Source of the DNA: Hormiphora californensis
Taxonomy: Eukaryota; Animalia; Ctenophora
Assembly: GCA_020137815.1 (NCBI GenBank)
Contig: CM035351.1
Location: 4,960,001 to 5,024,000 of the forward strand
DNA length: 64,000 bases
Direction of reading: 5' to 3'
Shown here: in pieces, positions 45,385 to 57,359 of the stretch
Layout: each line of letters opens with the position of its first letter
Numbering within the stretch: the first letter of the stretch is position 1
Notes under the pieces: model-generated
What the model was told of the DNA's origin: nothing
The model's input: only the letters and a program-made list of their open reading frames with translations
Databases searched by the model: none
Position numbers and translations under genes: made by a program

Positions 45385-48023
45385 ATGGATGGCCAGGGCG
45401 ATTTGAATGACTCTCTAGACCCCGAGGAACCTTTAAAACACGAGGCAACTTCGGAGGAACTTCAACCTGCAACCAGTGCAGCACTCCAGCCTGTGTCGTT
45501 AGACGATGAAGAGTTGATAAAAGGAGGACCTCCCGAAATACGGGAGGAAACGTTGCCTTCTGAGATTCCCGAAGTGCCTGTCCAAGACTTGGACACTGAG
45601 GATAGTTCACGGCGAACTCCCTCCACACCCAAGGAAAATCCGTTCAACGATATGTTAGTCGCTGAATCAAGCCGATATGAGGAGGAGGCGGAGATACCTA
45701 AATCAAGTCCGATTCCCGATAGTTCCCCTGTCGAGCCTGCTGCAGAAGACCTTGCTGCTATTGGCCAACCTCCAGTAGATACTGCAGAAGAAGATGCAGC
45801 AGAAGATGCAGGTCCACCATCTGTAGAATCAACACCAGAGGAAACTCAGGTAGACCAAGAACCCGCCGAGGTACCTTCGATAGAAACTGCAGAAGAAGTC
45901 GCACCACAGGGTAGTAATACACCAGAAGACTCTTCGGTAAACTCTGCAGAAACATCAGGAGAAGGTTCGCCTACTCTAGAGACGACACCATCGCCAACAC
46001 AAGATGAAGCAGCTGAGGAAGCAGCCCCTGTCAAACCCTCCCCCATGGTCGTATCAGTGGGGACTATCAAGTTTAACGGCAACAACCATTACGAAGACAT
46101 CAATATCATGTCCAAGGGGGATGCACCTCCCGCTCAGGAACAGCCCCCTCCCGTTGATGAAAATAAAGAATTTGAGAGTCTTCGAGATATCCGGTTTTCA
46201 TCAATAAGTATGTATGACAAGCCACATTTCGAGGAAGATATAGAAGTGACTGTGGACGATGCCCAAAAACACGCAGCAGAGAGTTTTGTGTCATATCGTG
46301 TTATCACCAAGACAACACGAGAGAGTTTTAACCAGGAGGAATTCCACGTGAGACGGAGATATAATGATTTCCATTGGCTCGGTAATGTCCTAACACAGCA
46401 ATACCCCTCACATATCATCCCTCCTCTACCCCAAAAGAAAGTGTTCAATAAGTACGATCCGAGCTTCCTGCGTCTCAGACAACTCGCACTGAACAAGTTT
46501 CTCCGGAGAATAGCTGAGCACCCCATCCTCAGTACCAGTGAGCATTTCTTTATCTTCCTCTCCGCCCGTCAAATCGAACTGGAGGAGTGCAAGAGGACGA
46601 CTCAGCTGAAAAAGTTTAACATGCCCCAGATACCAGTATCAGATGTTGAGAATCCCTTCAGTGAGACCTCTGAGTACCTGGAGTCCTTTGGAAAGATCCT
46701 TAACTCCCTGTCTACTGAGTCGGGGAGGTTACATAAAGAGCAAACTGAGTTATCTTCCACTCTCATGACCCTTCCGCCGAGTCTGATGCTGTGGGCAAAC
46801 TCTGAGGTAAGGGTTGGCATGGTTGATATTACACAGATCGGCTTTCCACATCGGCTTTTCTTTGCCAAAAACATGTTAGTTTTGTTCCTAAACTCCACTA
46901 AATATGTAACACACTCTGAATCACAGGAGGAGATTGAGCCGATGTTGAACAAGTTTGGTGAGGGTATTGGGAAGGTGAACGAGGGGATGGAGGAGATGGT
47001 AGACCTAAAGGAGGAGATGTTCAATGAGAGTATTAAGGAGTATCAGAGATACGTAACGACTGTAAAGAGTGTCTTGAAACATCGGGACAACCTACAGGTA
47101 ACAATGGGGGACCGAGACTCCTCTTCTCTTCTAAGATGAGTATTGAGTCATACTATTATTAAAGCAAATAGGGAAATGATGGGTGACGTTTTTTTACCAA
47201 ATATGGCATTTTGCACGTAGGGCGAACGGGTTTGCTAGTATTCTAAATTTGAGACTCTAAAAGAAGGGATAATTATAGCCCAGTAGCTGAGTCAATCATG
47301 TTACCCCTCTTGTGTGCTACTTTACAGGGCTGCATTGTAAAACTAAGTACCCCTCCAGGTTGAAAAGAACTTCTACACAGCATCAGTGTTAAACAAACAG
47401 AAAGATTTGGAAAAGTTGGAGGCCAGCGAACCAGGGAAATCGTTTGCAACGTTTTTTGGAAAATCTCCTATACAGGTTTGGCTTGATAAAAGACTCTTGT
47501 ACACACTGTTAAACATGTTAAATGTATGAACAATAACTTCAACTCTAGGCAATAGCTCAATTGTAAATCATTTGTACTTCCAGAAAACTAGTTTCTTGTT
47601 GACCCTGTATATTGTTTATTCCAGGTTAAAGAGGAGAAGATGAGTAAGTTACAGCAGGAAATAACTACACTCAGTAATGAAGGAGAGGTGAGTGTGAATT
47701 ATACACAGGTTTACTGTTCTTGAAAACAGAGTATTTGGACTGAGAGAGATATCAATTGATTTCTCAACAGCTGATCCTCAAGCTACATACACCTCCCTCA
47801 TTCCCCTGCAGAGAGCTAACAATTACCTCTTTCTCTCCAGAGAGCGGGAGATGCCCTGGTGGTGGCTAGTGCTGCAGTCCGATCTGACATTGAACGATGG
47901 AACATTAACAAAGAGAAAGACTGCCGAGCATTATTCTCTAATCTCTCCAGTGCACACATCGACTTCTACAACAAATCTATTGCAGTGTGGCAGGACCTGG
48001 TTACATCGATTGATAGGGACTGA
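45385..48023 (+). CDS. Sorting nexin 7/30-like PX-BAR protein with long acidic N-terminus, 5 exons
   Basis: ESFVSYRVITKTTR..F..VRRRYNDFHWL..HIIPPLPQK..LRQLALNKFLRRIAEHPILS; last exon SDIERWNINKEKD..IAVWQDL. Confidence 0.88.
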
Positions 48024-48511
48024 AGGGTTTATTGTGTTGTTGGGAGGGTTTATTTTGTTTAGAAACTCTGTAAAAATCGTAGTGGAAGGTTTGTTAGTCA
48101 CTTCGCAGTTTTGTGTGTCCCTTGATTCAGATGATACACGCCTCACACGGATATAAATTGCAGCGTCCAGTGTATGTGTGTGTATAAATTTTAGAGTTTT
48201 CAAAGTTTTAATCCATGTTGTACATGTTGTAACGTGCTTTTATGATGATATGATACTTGATGATTTACCCTTTTTTCTCTTTGTGCTGTATACTTTTTGT
48301 TGAATGTTACCAAAGATTCAGATTTCTCTCAATTTGTCTCATAATGGGGGTCTCGTCTCCCTTCCTGAAAAGGTTTCGCCGTTGCTCCCCTCTCTGAACA
48401 AAATAAATTGGACATTTTATTCGATTCCTCAGAACTGCCTCAAAGAAAGCAAAGTTCAATTATGTCACCCTCTCTAAACCTCTAACCCCTCTCTTCATGA
48501 TAGAAATCTAC

Positions 48512-49674
48512 ATGGTATTTGTTTGTGTGGAGTGTGGGGCAGATGCTCCCTATCTCTGTGAACAGATATCCCGATCAGTCCTCAAGTTATCACAGTGTGA
48601 GAAATGTGAGGGAGTGGTCGATAAGTACATAGAGTGGGACGGGGTGCTGGTGTTGCTAGATATGCTACTGTTGAGAACAAATGTCTACCGTCATGTCCTT
48701 TTCAACCGCAGGTAGGGAGTTGTAGTTTGTATTTGAGTTGTCAATTCGGAAGCATAACCTTGTATATTTGGTATTTGTATATTTGGCACTTGTTATGTTC
48801 TAACCCGGGGCGCGGGAAGAGAGGGTGAGACAGGGCAACTTGGCAGTGTATAATGGTTATTCGACCCGCACTGTATCACACAATGTCTCAGGAAGATAGG
48901 TATTGATAAGACAGTCTACACAAAGTACAGTAATGGAACCCACCCTACAACCCCTCCTACCCTTACCCCCACCGCCTTCTATTTCAAACACAGACTTCTC
49001 GTGGTGTTCATGTTTTGTGTCTTTGCTGACACATACACTCTCTGGCTACACAGTAAAAACACTGCGGGGAAGATCAATCTCCAGGTATTCTACTTGGTGG
49101 GATGGGTTTAGTGATATACACATCGTGTACCAAAACTGCGTTGGTTTGCATCCATGATCCAATAGCTGACATTCCACTACAAAACCAAATCCAACTTGTA
49201 TCTAAGTTCTAACACTGTGCATTCCCACAGGTTTTGGAGATGCACTTCATGGTAAAATGTGTGGAAGTTCTCACCCAAACCCTCTCTTTCTACCTGACCA
49301 TAACGCTCCTTAGCGTTACCCTTCTCCGGATTCGCTCTCTCAACAACATTCTTGTTTCCATGGTGATCTCCTCCTTCGCAAAGTTATTCGCGATACCAAG
49401 TGCCATGTGGTCCCAAAACACCAACCTCCTCATCCTGTCCTACGTGCTGGTCCTGGTTAATAATAGTGTGGCATTAAGGGTTCTCAGTGGAAGGATAGGA
49501 CCCTCAGCGTGTGTTGTTGTTTGTGCGTTTTTGGTTGAGCGTTACACTGCCAATCATTTCGGGAACAATTTCCCCTGGGATTCTGTTGAAGTGTTCCAGC
49601 GGACTGTCAGACATTCAATTGAGTTTTTTAGGGGTGGAGTTGAGGTGTATCCTCAACAGTCTATTGAATTGTGA
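48512..49674 (+). CDS. ARV1: ARV1 ER lipid homeostasis protein, 3 exons
   Basis: CVECG...LKLSQCEKC..VVDKYIEWD.VLVLLDMLLLR..VYRHVLFN; later ISSFAKLFAIP..MW. Confidence 0.9.
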
Positions 49675-49812
49675 ATTGTGATGTGTTTAGTTGATTATTT
49701 CTTTTTTCAGTATTTCTTCACAAAATGGTGTCATATTTCACTGTGTTTTGTACCTTTCCTCCCCGTTACCAACTCTCATATTGTGATTTCTCCCAGTAGT
49801 AGTAGCCGCCAC

Positions 49813-52800
49813 ATGAGTGAGATACCGGTCGTCGAAACATCTCCTGTTCGACTTGACAAGTAAGTGAATTGTGTGTAACTGACAAGTCAGAATGGGGGCT
49901 ATACTAGCTAATTCTTGCCTTGCTCGACCCTGTTTCCCCGCGCCCCACCTGGGAAACAACTTTGTAAAAGAGGTTTAGAACATAACAAGCTGATTCACAG
50001 TTAACCCTCCCTCAGTGGCGGTAAGAAGTATGTGCGGATTAATGTGGGAGGATCTCTCTTCCAAGCAACACTACAAACACTCGTCTCATCCAGACCAACA
50101 CAAGACTCAATGTTACAGAGAATGTTTAGTGGAACCGTCGATATTCTTGTTGACTCAGAGGGTAGGGTGTTTGTTGTTTGTTTGTTCGTTTGTCTGTTTG
50201 TTTGTTTGTTTGTTTGTTTGTTTGTTTGTTTGTTTGTTTGTTTGTTTGTTTGTTTGTTTGTTTCTTTGTTTGTTTGTTTGTTTCTTTGTCTGTTTGCTTG
50301 TTTGTTTGTTTGTTTGTTTGTTTGTTTGTTTGTTTGTTTGTTTCTTTGTCTGTTTGCTTGTTTGTTTGTTTGTTTGTTTGTTTCTTTGTTTCTTTGTTTC
50401 TTTGATTGTTTGATTGTTTGTTTGTTGATTAGGTATTACTAGACTTGTTCAAACACAACACATTACACTTGTTGTCTAGGTTATGTGTTGATTGACAGGG
50501 ATGGGAAGCACTTTGGTACGATCCTCAACTACCTACGGGATGGGACAATTAGGCTACCCACCAACAAACAGGAGCTTCATGAACTTTTGGTAAGTCTTTA
50601 CCATAACGAGAAAGCTAGTGTCTACTGGTTTTCAGGAGATAGTTTCTTAATCCCTCCTGAATTTTAATGAACTGTAATTTCCTAATCCCTCTTCCAAATT
50701 CTCACTCCACCCTAAATGTTCTTCCTGCATCTTCTATATTGTTTCTTTTCCAGAAAGAGGCCCAGTTCTATCTACTTGAGGATGTTGTTAGGCAGTGCCA
50801 AGCAGTGATAGAGAGAGATAACCTGGATAACACCGATGCCATCCTTCACGACAGTTTTAAATTTACTATCCCCGTTCTAACCCGAGCTACCCACGAAAAG
50901 TTCTTCCTTCAGCTGAGCAAGAAGATACCGGTTATCCGTTTTGCCTACAATCGAGGAAACAATAAATACTCATACACCGAGTACGTTTGTCATGATCTGG
51001 TTAGGGGTGGGGGTGTGGGTGTGGGGTTTACCATTCTGTCAATTACAGTACTAGCAAAGGAAGTGACAAGTATCCAATCTCGCGCCCTAGTACTACTCAC
51101 ATGACATATTGGACAGTCCACACTAACACCATCACCTCCCCTCAGAAAGTCAGATAACACGCTGTTGTGCAATATTGAACTATTCGATAAGTTATCCTCC
51201 CAGCACCATCACCGACTCTGCTTTATCCGGGATCTGAGTGGCCGAAATGAAATCTGCTGCTGGACCTTCTATGGAGATGGCCGCATGCTCAGCGAGGTAT
51301 GTAGTACTGCTACTAGTAGACGTAACAAAATTGATATTATGAAATCGTGTGGACTCCGAGACAGACAAACTGATACTATCCGAGACGATTTTGCTAAGTT
51401 TTACCCAACAATAGATACTGCCTATCTTATCTTGGATACTTAATAATACTACACAGAATATCTATGTTAATGGTTTAAAGCAAGCAAAGCAAAGCAAGGC
51501 GACTATGATAAATCCAATATCGATTGTAAGGGTGCTCATATCTGATATCCCTTTCTATGGCGTTTTAGCCACGGTACCTGGTACAGACTTCTCTGCAACA
51601 TAGCTATAGCCGTAGGTTGGTGGACTAGACGATGTATGCGTTGTTACATACTGCTAACCCCTCTTTCATTACCTGTTGGTTTTGCCCGATAGCTATCCGT
51701 TGCTCTGTCGGAAAGGTGAAATAGGATCTTCTTCACCGCATCTTTGCCCCATTTCGTTACACATTTACCTTTACTACTGTCAGTACTGAACCGGAAGTTC
51801 AGAACCTCCACCTCATTACACTCTATAGTTAGGGTGGTGGTCGTCTTTCGGAAAGTCCAAATCTTGTTAACTTCCTCGTCTGGTTGTACTGGGAGTTCAG
51901 TCTGGCCTTTACAGTTGCCAATTCTGTAAACCATAGGTGAGCTGAACCTCACATAGATCATTCCAACCCCTTGCTCATCTGCAGTGTATACTGGCATCCA
52001 GAGCTGGTGCCCACTCCCGATAGTAGAGTCGGTTTTGATTTGAAGAGGGGTGCTCTCCAGATCAAATGGGATGTATTTGTTACGCACAACTGGACTCCAC
52101 GCTGAAATAATTGTTTTGGTCACATAGCTCTTGATATTAGATATACAGTCGGACCCCGATTTAGGGACACCCTCGGGGGAAAGGCTCTTGTCCACTAAAT
52201 CGGGGTGTCCACTAAATCGGGGTCAAATAAGGTTAGTTTCCTATATCGGGGGAAAAAATCCTGTCCCTAAATCGGGGTGCCACTAAATCGGGGGCCCCTA
52301 AATCGGGGTCCGACTGTATATATGCTGACGATGTTTTCTGATGTTTTCTGTCCATGAAGCAATGGTACCATGAGAAACACTTTTTGGTGTCATGGATACG
52401 AGAAATATGGACTCACCATCTGTTGTGATGAACAAAACGAGAAAAATAAAAATCCTCATCTTGACGACACAGCAGTCACTTGATAGTTGGGCTGGGTCGG
52501 TAGTTGAAGAGTGCCTACTTGTCACTTGATGGGTTTTATATGATGTATTGATGGCTATTGTGTTTGAAGTTTGAACTAAGCGACAGAAAACACAAACGAT
52601 CAGAGAAATCCTTTTGTAAAGACTAGATGATGTTCCCTTCAATGGGTGATGGCATTTCACGTGTTACAGACGCTGAGCTATTCTTGGGCAGACACTAGTT
52701 CAAACGAAAAAAAAACAATGAAAACGGGTGTGGTGAGAGCTCTTTTGCTTTAGTAATCTTCCCGCTAGCTCTATTGATTATCTGTCTGTGCACTCTAGCT

Positions 52801-53260
52801 CTCTCTTTAGGTGGGCGGGGAATAGGAAGGTTTATAATGGCGATGCTCTCTTTTCGCATCTCTTATCTCTGAGACATTTATTTGCAATTAGGATACCATT
52901 ATGATAACCTGCTTCTAAACCTTCCCGTCTTCTCCCACGTTACCCTGCTTCTAAACCCCCCCGTCTTCTCCCAGATATCCTGCTTCTAACCCCCCTTCTC
53001 CTCCCAAAAACCCTGCTTCCAAACCCCCCCTTCTACTCCCAGGTTACCATGCTTCTAAACCCCCTCCCTTCTCCTAGATATCCTGCACCTCGATCATGTA
53101 CGCGACAGAAAGAAAACAGACGAAGATAGAGTTTCCGGAGGCCAAGATCTTGGAGGAAACGCTCAATTGTACCCTCTACCAAACCAGTGAAACACCAGAC
53201 AGTTCAGTTGAGGGGGGCAGTGCGTACCCCAAACATTATGAGGACAATGCCCCCATGTAG
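49813..53260 (+). CDS. KCTD10: BTB/POZ adapter KCTD10/TNFAIP1/KCTD13 (BACURD) family, 6 exons
   Basis: [64 protein letters not shown]; last exon 53078-53260 [30 protein letters not shown] after intron 51297-53077. Confidence 0.92.
50168..50430. repeat. (TTTG)n intronic microsatellite
   Basis: Direct inspection. Confidence 0.95.
51555..52459 (-). CDS. Nested antisense gene in KCTD10 intron: small secreted protein of unknown family
   Basis: Exon 52459-52417 signal-peptide-like [15 protein letters not shown]|gtgag; exon 52101-51673 (phase 1-1) [25 protein letters not shown]...YRAKPT; exon 51592-51555 [12 protein letters not shown]. Confidence 0.65.
52146..52316. mobile_element. Tc1/mariner(pogo)-type MITE, TA TSD, internal CTAAATCGGGG repeats
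   Basis: TA|CAGTCGGACCCCGATTTAGGG...CCCTAAATCGGGGTCCGACTG|TA. Confidence 0.9.
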
Positions 53261-53582
53261 TAGAAAACATGTTCGAGAAATAGGACAGAGATAGTTGTCT
53301 GGTGGTACTATCAACTCTGTATCATATAACGCTAAAGAGATAGAGAACAGACTGTACATAAAGAACAGTAAATTACACATCAATTTTCTCTTCAAAACCT
53401 CATTTGAAATGCTGTTAAATTTCCATCCTTTAAATTATGCGGTATGCCCCCGGATGTTACCCACATTTTATTTTCTTTAAGATAACTTTCTGAGTAAGTT
53501 ACTATATTATTGTTATTTTTGTTTTATGTTTTAATTTACAGGGTGTGATATCACTCTGTGCGTATAATAATGATTCCTAATA

Positions 53583-55144
53583 CAGGGTGTCCCATATATT
53601 CTGTGGGTCGGTTGGCGAGCTGTCACGCAAAAACGGTGATAGTTGTGTGAAAACAAACTACGGGAGTGTGCTGGATTAATTCCTTCCTAACTGATGGCTT
53701 TGTTTTTAAATTAAATTTCAAAAGTTCATTTTTCATGAATGAACATTCCTGTCATTCATTCGTGAATTCTGAAATATTGTTTACCTTGAGTAAAAAACTT
53801 TTCTTTGGCTCGAAATTATCTTTCCAATGAGCACCATAAAAATCAAATTGAAGCACCGGATCGCATGGCAGGTGAGAAAATGCAAATGCATGATTTTGGC
53901 CATTCCTGCGACTTTCAATCAGCTGTATCACCCCTACTTTCAGTTCAATCCTTTTAAAAGTTTGGGTGAACATTGGTGAAGATAAGATCTTTGCTCACAA
54001 GAAAAATCAAGGTCAAAACTCAAAGTTCATTTTTCATTTTTGGTAGTTCATTCCACTCATTCAGGAACAAACATCCCTAAAGTGACGAAAAGGTTTGGGT
54101 TTTGTTTGGCCCATGTCCTGAAACGACAGAGAGGTGTAAAAACGTGTTTCCGGGCTAGTTAGTGGGTGTCCATGTGATCATTATGATATCTGACACCTGT
54201 GCTGAGCCATAATTAAGAGATTTTCTCAAATTCAAACATGGGATACGAGTATTCTGCGATTGGTATCGTGCACCAATAACAAGAGATCCCATAGCACCTC
54301 AAAAATTATGATTAGCTAAATGAAATGAGTTGATTCACGCTTGAAAATGTTCGTTTAGTCCGAATTTACATTGGTTTTAATCTTTTCAATCGTAAATCAA
54401 CTCATTTTTAGCTAATCATAATTTTTGAGGTGCTATGGGATCTCTTGTTATTGGTGCACGATACCAATCGCAGAATACTCGTATCCCATGTTTGAATTTG
54501 AGAAAATCTCTTAATTATGGCTCAGCAAAGGTGTCAGATATCATAATGATCACATGGACACCCACTAACTAGCCCGGAAACACGTTTTTACACCTCTCTG
54601 TCGTTTCAGGACATGGGCCAAACAAAACCCAAACCTTTTCGTCACTTTAGGGATGTTTGTTCCTGAATGAGTGGAATGAACTACCAAAAATGAAAAATGA
54701 ACTTTGAGTTTTGACCTTGATTTTTCTTGTGAGCAAAGATCTTATCTTCACCAATGTTCACCCAAACTTTTAAAAGGATTGAACTGAAAGTAGCGGTGAT
54801 ACAGCTGATTGAAAGTCGCAAGAATGGCCAAAATCATGCATTTGCATTTTCTCACCTGCCATGCGATCCGGTGCTTCAATTTGATTTTTATGGTGCTCAT
54901 TGGAAAGATAATTTCGAGCCAAAGAAAAGTTTTTTACTCAAGGTAAACAATATTTCAGAATTCACGAATGAATGACAGGAATGTTCATTCATGAAAAATG
55001 AACTTTTGAAATTTAATTTAAAAACAAAGCCATCAGTTAGGAAGGAATTAATCCAGCACACTCCCGTAGTTTGTTTTCACACAACTATCACCGTTTTTGC
55101 GTGACAGCTCGCCAACCGACCCACAGAATATATGGGACACCCTG
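53583..55144. mobile_element. 1.56-kb near-perfect palindromic Tc1/mariner-type foldback element
   Basis: TA|CAGGGTGTCCCATATATTC...GAATATATGGGACACCCTG|TA; arms ~750 bp with few mismatches, spacer ~54340-54393; mirrored ORFs 53752..53973(-) and 54754..54975(+). Confidence 0.95.
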
Positions 55145-55220
55145 TATTAACCCACTTTTGTTCCAAAATTCCTTGTTTTATTTCACAGCCTGATAGCTTC
55201 TGCTCATCTATAGTGAGAAG

Positions 55221-55924
55221 ATGTCCCGGGGCTCCAGTCGTGGTATGGATGGTATACAGTTGTCAGCACTGGATAACACAGAGGAAGAGGTGTTCCTTTC
55301 TAAGGATGAATATAATCGCGTCATGGTTAGTAGTGATTTCTCTACAGTATCTAGATGATTTCGATTGGTTTCCCGTCAGGGATTCCATGAAACATGTGTT
55401 GCGTCCTAAATACAGCTGTATTATTTCGTTGTATTTAGAATTTAGATCATATCTCTCTATTATTATGTCCATCACACGTTTCCTCTCTCCCTCCATTTCT
55501 CTATTAATTTGACCCTATCTTTCCCTCCAGCGGCTGCATGCGGTGTGTCCTATCCCGGCAGTTAAACTGGGTCTGGTGAAGTTAGTTTGTACAGAGGACT
55601 TGGAGGTAAAGGAAGAAATGGAGGAAGTACCTGACAAGAAATACCTTTCCCCAAGAAAGAACAAGAGGGACAGCATTACGAATAGTAAGTGCTGTATGGG
55701 GGCTGTAGGAGAATGCAATTTATTTAATTTCTACATGCTCTAGCTCTTTTTTATTTAATCTCTCACTTTCTCATTCCTTGCTAGGCGGTTCATCGACACC
55801 CCTGCCTCTGTGGGATAGCGGCAACATCGTGGAATTAACCCCTGAAATTAGTAAGATCAGCGTCTCCGTATCCGAGCTCAAGGACCGAATCAAGAATATC
55901 AGTGCCATAAGAAAGTCACAGTAA
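55221..55924 (+). CDS. Small orphan gene, 3 exons (~80 aa)
   Basis: Acceptor tttcacag at 55188, ATG 55221 MSRGSSR G|gtatgg; exon EDLEVKEEMEEVPDKKYLSPRKNKRDSITN A|gtaagt; last exon GSSTPLPLWDSGNIVELTPEISKISVSVSELKDRIKNISAIRKSQ*. 5' structure uncertain. Confidence 0.5.
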
Positions 55925-56739
55925 CAATCAGACCGGACGGATGCAAGGGTTTTTGTTGTTGAACAGATCAGATCATAGTCAAATACATATCAGAAAGAGA
56001 GTTTATTATTTGTAGTCACAGATTTTTATAAGCAGAGTGTACAGCACAGTGAAATTGTATATAAGGTGTGTTATTTAATCTCGGTTGATCCGTTTTTGTC
56101 GCTAATATTGCACTGTTTACATTTAAGTGTAGCACCATCCTTTCCAAATTCCATCCTTGAGCTGAGTGATGATCCCCTCCGGGGGGGTTCCAACCTATTT
56201 GTTGTACGTTTGTACGGAAAAAAACAAGCTCTTCCTCAAACAAAAAAATACAAAAAAATACAAAAAAATACAAAAAAATACAAAAAAGTACAAAAAAATA
56301 CAAAAAAATAAAACGGGGTATAAATGATTAAACAACGCTTTTCTGATCGTTGAAATTTTAGTTTATGATCATAATTGTGTCATAAATTCCTATTAAACTG
56401 TGGTTTGATACAAAATTAGCAACTTTTTCTTATAATTAGAAGATAAAAACATGTCTTAATCATGTTTTAATTGTTCTTTATCAAAACACAAGGAAACATT
56501 ATATTCAAAATTTTCGAAATCTGAACCAATGATGTTTACTTTTTCGAATTTCGAATGAAAGATAATAAATACACGACAAACGTTCCCAGGTGGTACATTA
56601 GCATAAAAGGAACTCGTCGATGAACTTTTACTAGGCACAGATCTCCATAATTTGTTGTACAACTTTTTTGTTCTGTTTGTACGAAAAATCGGAATTTCTA
56701 AGAGAGAAAATCTTTCCATATCGAAATTTCTATCCAAGA

Positions 56740-57245
56740 ATTTCTAAGCGTGAAAATTCCCCGAATCGCAATTTGTTAACGAGAAAATTTTCTCGAATCG
56801 TATTTTCTAAGCGAGAAATTTCCCCGAATCGCAATTTGTTACCGAGAAAATTTTCTCGAATCAAATTTTCTAAGCAAGAAATTTCTATGAATCGCAATTT
56901 CTTTCCGAGAAAATTTTCTCGAATCGTATTTTCTAAGTGAGAAATTTCCCCGAATCGCAATTTCTTACCGAGAAAATTTTCTCGAATCGTATTTTCTAAG
57001 CGAGAAATTTCTCTGAATCGCAATTTCTTACCGAGAAAATTTTCTCGAATCGTGTTTTCTAAGCGAGAAATTTCCCCGAATCGCAATTTCTTACCGAGAA
57101 AATTTTCTCGAATCGTATTTTCTAAGCGAGAAGTTTCCCCGAATCGCAATTTCTTACCGAGAAAATTTTCTCGACTCGTATTTTTAAGCGAGAAATTTCG
57201 CCGAATCGCAATGTCTTACCGAGAAAATAATCCCGAATCGTAATC
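56740..57245. repeat. 63-bp tandem repeat, ~8 copies, built from two ~31-bp halves sharing CGAATCG
   Basis: ttttctaagcgagaaatttccccgaatcgcaatttcttaccgagaaaattttctcgaatcgta; 21-aa periodicity in spurious ORFs. Confidence 0.93.
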
Positions 57246-57359
57246 TGAATCAATGATTTTGCTTTTTCGAATTTCAAAAACGTGTAATTTTACATACTTT
57301 TTCAGTACTTTTAGCGGGAAAATGGATGACAATGGAAATAAAAACGTTCATATATATAA

